The position numbers and the translations under genes are program-made. From the NCBI GenBank assembly GCA_035289665.1, contig DATDWO010000015.1, positions 1 to 18,056 of the forward strand: 18,056 bases of DNA, read 5' to 3'. The DNA is from Candidatus Nanoarchaeia archaeon (GTDB taxonomy: Archaea; Nanobdellota; Nanobdellia; Woesearchaeales; SM23-78). Numbering within the stretch: position 1 is the first letter of the stretch; every line of letters starts with the position of its first letter. The notes under the pieces were generated by a model. That model searched no databases and was not told the origin of the DNA. It saw only the letters and a program-made list of their open reading frames with translations. Below are positions 14,051-18,056 of this stretch, piece by piece.

Positions 14051-15265
14051 ATGAAAAGAAAGATCTTACATAAGAGTCGTAAACGTTATAAAAGCCCGCC
14101 TTATACATTCCATATGCATATCAACGCGATCCGGTTCTTAGACCGTAAAGTGGGAATTCCGATCTGCCGCTTTCTACAGTTCGTGAAGTGGGCGAAGCGC
14201 AAGAAGTTTGATGCCAAAAAACTCGACGTCAAGAAGATTCTTATCATCAAGATGTGGGGCTTAGGCACCATCACACTCTGTAGCCCTACCTTTCGGGCGC
14301 TACGCAAGAAACACCCCCATGCGAAGATTTACTTTCTGACCATGAGCTCCAATAAAGGGCTGTATGATGGCAACGACTTTTTCGATGAAATCATCTACTT
14401 CCCCATCCAAAACCTCTTCCAGATGGCCCTTGATGGATTAAAATTGCTTTACCGCCTTCGAAAAGAAAAACTAGACCTTGTAATTGACCTGGAAATCATT
14501 GCCCGATTTACCGCCTTACTCAGCTACTTCAGCGGCGCTAAAGCCACTATTGGCTTTGACCCTAAAGGACAAGGACGCAGCGGACTGTTTGACATCCGAG
14601 TCCCTTATCATGAATATGGCCATATTACCGAAAGTTTTCTTGAAGTGTTGAAACCCCTGGGCATTGCTAAGCCCAGCTTAACCCTTGAAAAGCCATTTAT
14701 TCCCTCGCCTGATAAGAAAATGGTTGAAGAACTCCTCCAAAAACACAAGATTAAAACCTATTGTGTTGTGAATGTCAATACGAGCAACTTGGCCCTGGAA
14801 CGAAGATGGGGGTCTGAAAAGTTTGCATTTGTTATGGACCATATCGTACAAAAACACAAACTCTCCGTTGTTATGATTGGCGGACCCCTGGAAAAACATT
14901 ATACAGAACAGTGCCGCCAACTCGCAAAGAACAAGAGTAAAATCCTCAACTTTGCTGGAGAGACTAAGAACGTCAAACAACTCTGCTATTTACTGGAAAA
15001 GGCACGGTTTGTCCTCAGCAATGATTCTGGACCGGTTCATATGGCAAATGCTATGGGCGTACCTGTATTGGCGTTCTTCGGCCCTGAAACTCCTAAACTG
15101 TATGGACCTCTAAGGCCTAAAAACCAAGTATTCTATAAGAACTTACCCTGCAGCCCGTGCATTTCGATCCATAACGCTAAAGTGGTGGATTGCCACATTG
15201 GCGTGCAATGCATGAAAAAGATACACAGTGAAGAAGTGATTGCACAACTGGATCGGATGCTCTAA
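14051..15265 (+). CDS. Glycosyltransferase family 9 (heptosyltransferase-like)
   Basis: The N-terminal signature is KILIIKMWGLGTITLCSPTFRALRKKHPHAKIYFLT. The C-terminal signature is FVLSNDSGPVHMANAMGVPVLAFFGPETP followed by PCSPC. Confidence 0.85.
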   Translation: MKRKILHKSRKRYKSPPYTFHMHINAIRFLDRKVGIPICRFLQFVKWAKRKKFDAKKLDVKKILIIKMWGLGTITLCSPTFRALRKKHPHAKIYFLTMSSNKGLYDGNDFFDEIIYFPIQNLFQMALDGLKLLYRLRKEKLDLVIDLEIIARFTALLSYFSGAKATIGFDPKGQGRSGLFDIRVPYHEYGHITESFLEVLKPLGIAKPSLTLEKPFIPSPDKKMVEELLQKHKIKTYCVVNVNTSNLALERRWGSEKFAFVMDHIVQKHKLSVVMIGGPLEKHYTEQCRQLAKNKSKILNFAGETKNVKQLCYLLEKARFVLSNDSGPVHMANAMGVPVLAFFGPETPKLYGPLRPKNQVFYKNLPCSPCISIHNAKVVDCHIGVQCMKKIHSEEVIAQLDRML

Positions 15266-15268
15266 GTA

Positions 15269-16093
15269 TTATAGATTAGCTGAGATGAAAAAATACAACA
15301 AATCTACAACCCAGATTGTCATAAATGAAACACCCGCGTCCCGTAAGGCATTCTGGTAATCTTTTCCCCTCAAAAATAACAATAACATACATCCAATCAT
15401 AATGATGATAAACTCGCCTATAAAAAGAGCCGTTCTCCAAAAAATAAGCGGCACTAAGCTCATTCCCATTATGAAGAGCAGTGTTTTCTCTTTTCCAAGA
15501 AATGCCGCAACCGAATTCATCTTTGCTTTTCGATCACAATCAAGGTCCACTAACGTCGTTAGCGCATGAAATCCTGCTACCGGAAGTATTAATACCATAT
15601 TGGCTGGAGTCAAATTTGACAAGGAATGCTGCAACGTGAAGGCTAGAAGAGCCGGACAAAAATAACCCACACTGCTCGTCACTACATCCAGAAAAGGAAC
15701 CTCCTTCCACTTTAAGCTTGGATGCGAATAAGCGAAAGCAAGCACCACAAACAACAACCCAACTAAAAAGTGCTCCAAGTTCTTACTCAGCCCTGCTATT
15801 CCTAAAAACAAGACCGGAGGGACAAAAACGTACTTTTTTAGCTCTATTGCTTCTTTCATATCAAGTAACGCTCCATGAACCCCTCCTTTCCTAGGATTGA
15901 TTTGATCACTTTTTCTATCGTGTATGTCATTCAACCCATACAAGTAAAAATTAAGCGGAAACAGGAAGAACAAGAATTCGACAAAAGATAATGCAGAGAA
16001 GTTTTTTACATTCCCTATTCCGATTAAATACATTAACCCCGTTACCAACCAAAGCAAAGGGCGACTGATTACGAGCATCCGACTGAACTTCAT
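15269..16093 (-). CDS. UbiA-family integral-membrane prenyltransferase
   Basis: It is polytopic and hydrophobic. The first Asp-rich motif is LNDIHDRKSD (NDxxDxxxD) and the second is DLDCDRKAKMNS. TTTAAG lies 21 nt upstream of the ATG. Confidence 0.85.
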   Translation of the reverse strand: MKFSRMLVISRPLLWLVTGLMYLIGIGNVKNFSALSFVEFLFFLFPLNFYLYGLNDIHDRKSDQINPRKGGVHGALLDMKEAIELKKYVFVPPVLFLGIAGLSKNLEHFLVGLLFVVLAFAYSHPSLKWKEVPFLDVVTSSVGYFCPALLAFTLQHSLSNLTPANMVLILPVAGFHALTTLVDLDCDRKAKMNSVAAFLGKEKTLLFIMGMSLVPLIFWRTALFIGEFIIIMIGCMLLLFLRGKDYQNALRDAGVSFMTIWVVDLLYFFISANL

Positions 16094-16134
16094 CCTGGTT
16101 CTTGATTGTGGAGGCTTAAATAATTATCTAGAAA

Positions 16135-16796
16135 TTATCCTTTCTGAGTCATATCATAAATGAACTGCAAACCAGCCCCTAGCTTTCTATCTTCCAACAA
16201 CCTTGCTTCATTGCCCAACCTGAATGCAACACCTCTTGTCTTTCTTCCTTGTACCAGGTCAGGTAACTTCTTACACACCCACAATCGCCGGTCATCTCCT
16301 TTGTCCAATGTTCCATACGAATGACAGCGATCCAAATACATAGCAGCCACGGCGTCTGCCGCTAATTCTGCATTTTTCAACACCCTGCGCCAAGGCAATA
16401 AGTCGTGCCCCAACTTTGAAATAATGGCACGATCTAAATACCCCCTCTCCTCCAAACACCCTTCTACCACTTGAACTGCATTCAAATCATCTACATACCT
16501 AGCTGAAACCCTAAGCTGACGTTCTCCACATACCAAAAAGGATCTGAAAAATCATCTGGCCTGCGATGCGCTTCCCCAATCACCACCATGGACTCCACCA
16601 CGTCATCCAACACTCTTGCCTTTTTTAGAGAAGACAAGTGTTGCGTAAAAACACCCACTAAAGAAAGAACTCTCGCCTGCAAAACGGGGACAGGAACTTC
16701 CACTCTTGCACACCTCAGAAAAGCCAACTCAACTGCCATAACTTCTGCATGCGCATCAAATCCCCCGTACGGGTAAGTCATGAAATCGTCCGACAT
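16135..16796 (-). pseudogene. Unknown protein (about 220 aa if repaired), split by a 1-nt frameshift in a homopolymer
   Basis: Track ORFs 16491-16874 and 16135-16536 overlap in different frames. Adding one T to the minus-strand T5 run (plus A5, 16535-16539) joins ..DFSDPF to LVCGERQLRVSARYVDD... The likely start is MSDDF at 16796, with TTTAAA 22 nt upstream. I recognise no family. Confidence 0.55.
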
Positions 16797-16818
16797 ACCT
16801 CCTTGAAAAAAGACTTTC

Positions 16819-16854
16819 TTTAAATACTTACACCTCAAACAAAGATTATTTAAA
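16819..16854. promoter_or_regulatory. Back-to-back divergent TATA boxes
   Basis: TTTAAA at 16819-16824 lies 22 nt from the minus-strand ATG at 16796. TTTAAA at 16849-16854 lies 22 nt from the plus-strand ATG at 16877. Confidence 0.5.
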
Positions 16855-16876
16855 AAGAACTTTCCCGTAAGCATTC

Positions 16877-17698
16877 ATGATCCACATCCGCAAGCTCAAT
16901 GGCCAAATCGAAGAATTTGAGGAAGCCAAAATCCGGCGAAGCCTGCTCAACGCCGGAGCGGGCCATAACATTGCACATGAAATCCTTGGAAAATTGCGAA
17001 GGAAGCTGTATGACGGCATTACTACCAAAGAGGTCTTCCGATTTGTTTTTCACGAACTCAGACGCTATACTCCAACGCTTGCTGACAAGTTCGACCTTAA
17101 AAATGCGATTCTACGCATGGGCCCGGCAGGATTTGCCTTTGAAGAGTATATAGCACAGATCCTCAAAAGCAAAGGCTACACGACCCTGACTGACCAACAA
17201 GTCCGAGGAATCTACATTAGCCATGAAATTGATGTTGTGGCTGAAAAACCGGGAGAGAAACTTATGGTGGAATGTAAACACCACCTACAACCTTGGAATG
17301 GCTGCCACATCCAAACAGCACTTTACGTATGGGCCCGATTTCTAGAAGTCAAAAAATATTTTACCCAACCCATGCTGGTCACCAATACTACGTTTTCTGA
17401 GAGCATCATCCGATACGCTCGCGGAGTGGGCTTGCGACTCATGGGATGGAAGTACCCCAAAGGAGACAGCCTTGAAGAAAACATTGAACGCTATAAACTA
17501 TACCCTATTACGTTATTACGAAGCCTAGAACCCGAAACCCTCTCTATTCTCTTAGACCGCAAAGTGGTCCTGCTCAAAACCCTCGCACAACTATCCCTGC
17601 CCGAACTCAGCCAAATCCTCCAACTGCCACCCGCCAAAGTGAAAACCATCAGCGAAGAAGCCCAAGAATTATGTGGGATTAATCAGATACCTATTTAA
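16877..17698 (+). CDS. ATP-cone domain fused to a restriction-endonuclease-fold (Mrr-cat-like) domain, with a C-terminal helix-hairpin-helix-like tail
   Basis: The N-terminus IHIRKLNGQIEEFEEAKIRRSLLNAG..ITTKEVFRFV is ATP-cone-like. The middle FEEYIAQILKSKGY..HEIDVVAEKPGEKLMVECKHH has a D-x(n)-E-x-K nuclease core. The C-terminus LAQLSLPELSQILQLPPAKVKTISEEA resembles a helix-hairpin-helix. Confidence 0.75.
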   Translation: MIHIRKLNGQIEEFEEAKIRRSLLNAGAGHNIAHEILGKLRRKLYDGITTKEVFRFVFHELRRYTPTLADKFDLKNAILRMGPAGFAFEEYIAQILKSKGYTTLTDQQVRGIYISHEIDVVAEKPGEKLMVECKHHLQPWNGCHIQTALYVWARFLEVKKYFTQPMLVTNTTFSESIIRYARGVGLRLMGWKYPKGDSLEENIERYKLYPITLLRSLEPETLSILLDRKVVLLKTLAQLSLPELSQILQLPPAKVKTISEEAQELCGINQIPI

Positions 17699-17702
17699 TT
17701 AA

Positions 17703-18056
17703 TTATTTGACTCCTTCTCGCACCCTTTTCTCAGCAATGATCGCCTCAAACCGACAGACATATGGACGAACCTGCTCTGCACCGTAGATATCCTGTACCA
17801 CATTCATCATATCAAAAAGATGCCGCGTGTCTCTACTAAAATCCCCGAACTGTCCTAGACAAGTGTTGTTGATACCGTCGACAACGCCTGTGCTTAATTT
17901 GGATAGTTTCGACAATACCGTCGAATAAGACAAGAGATAAACAACACTAAAGTGTTACACTTCGAAATCCCCATCATTTCTGTCTACATTGCTCAGTAGA
18001 TTCTCTAATAAATTTCCAACTGAAACCAAAGATAAATCTTCCTCATTTTCATCCAT
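17703..18056 (-). pseudogene. Hypothetical ORF interrupted by one in-frame TAA; may extend beyond the right edge
   Basis: MDENEEDLSLVSVGNLLENLLSNVDRNDGDFEV-TAA(17955-17957)-HFSVVYLLSYSTVLSKL..AEKRVREGVK is a single reading frame. The track ORF 17703-17933 starts at a TTG only 21 nt after that stop. I recognise no family. Confidence 0.3.

Noticed and set aside
16135-16330. The C-terminus of the unknown gene (..RRLWVCKK..GRKTRGVAFRLGNE) considered as a C-type-lectin-fold DGR variable region, because of the GxxFRL ending
   Set aside because: I found no second copy (TR) of this stretch anywhere in the window. The usual GGSW/aromatic-rich context is absent, and the resemblance is limited to a few residues.

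Overview
Gene-dense, moderately AT-rich accessory region. I infer an archaeal host, possibly a small-genome DPANN-type lineage. The basis is that 12 genes carry a TTTAAA/TTTATA box 21-25 nt upstream of the ATG, which is the leaderless-mRNA promoter geometry, and the one tRNA has no directly encoded 3' CCA.

Content from left to right:
- The right end of an IS66-family element, which truncates a RelE-like toxin gene.
- A VapBC module.
- An AsnB-type amidotransferase, convergent with and overlapping a DGR-clade reverse transcriptase that has lost its N-terminus.
- A PIN(DUF3368)/UPF0175 pair.
- A GT4 glycosyltransferase.
- An orphan LivJ-type solute-binding lipoprotein.
- A RelE/ParE toxin-antitoxin pair.
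- A second RelE-like copy split by a 139-bp MITE-like palindromic element.
- A HAD hydrolase, divergent from a second AsnB paralog plus a B12-binding radical SAM enzyme.
- An odd long-variable-arm tRNA.
- A GatB tail-domain fragment.
- A GT9 glycosyltransferase and a UbiA prenyltransferase.
- A frameshifted unknown gene, divergent from an ATP-cone/restriction-endonuclease-fold fusion.
- A broken ORF at the right edge.

No CRISPR array, no rRNA and no DGR template/variable repeat pair were found. Many genes are visibly damaged: both RelE-like copies, the RT, the GatB tail fragment, the unknown gene and the right-edge ORF.

The points most worth a second look are:
- the tRNA with a Ser-like body and a GAA anticodon;
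- the MITE family, whose empty site is present in the same window;
- the orphan DGR-type RT;
- the gene-conversion tract between the two AsnB paralogs;
- the HAD-AsnB-radical SAM set;
- the ATP-cone nuclease.

All family assignments come from motifs read by eye. No searches were run.
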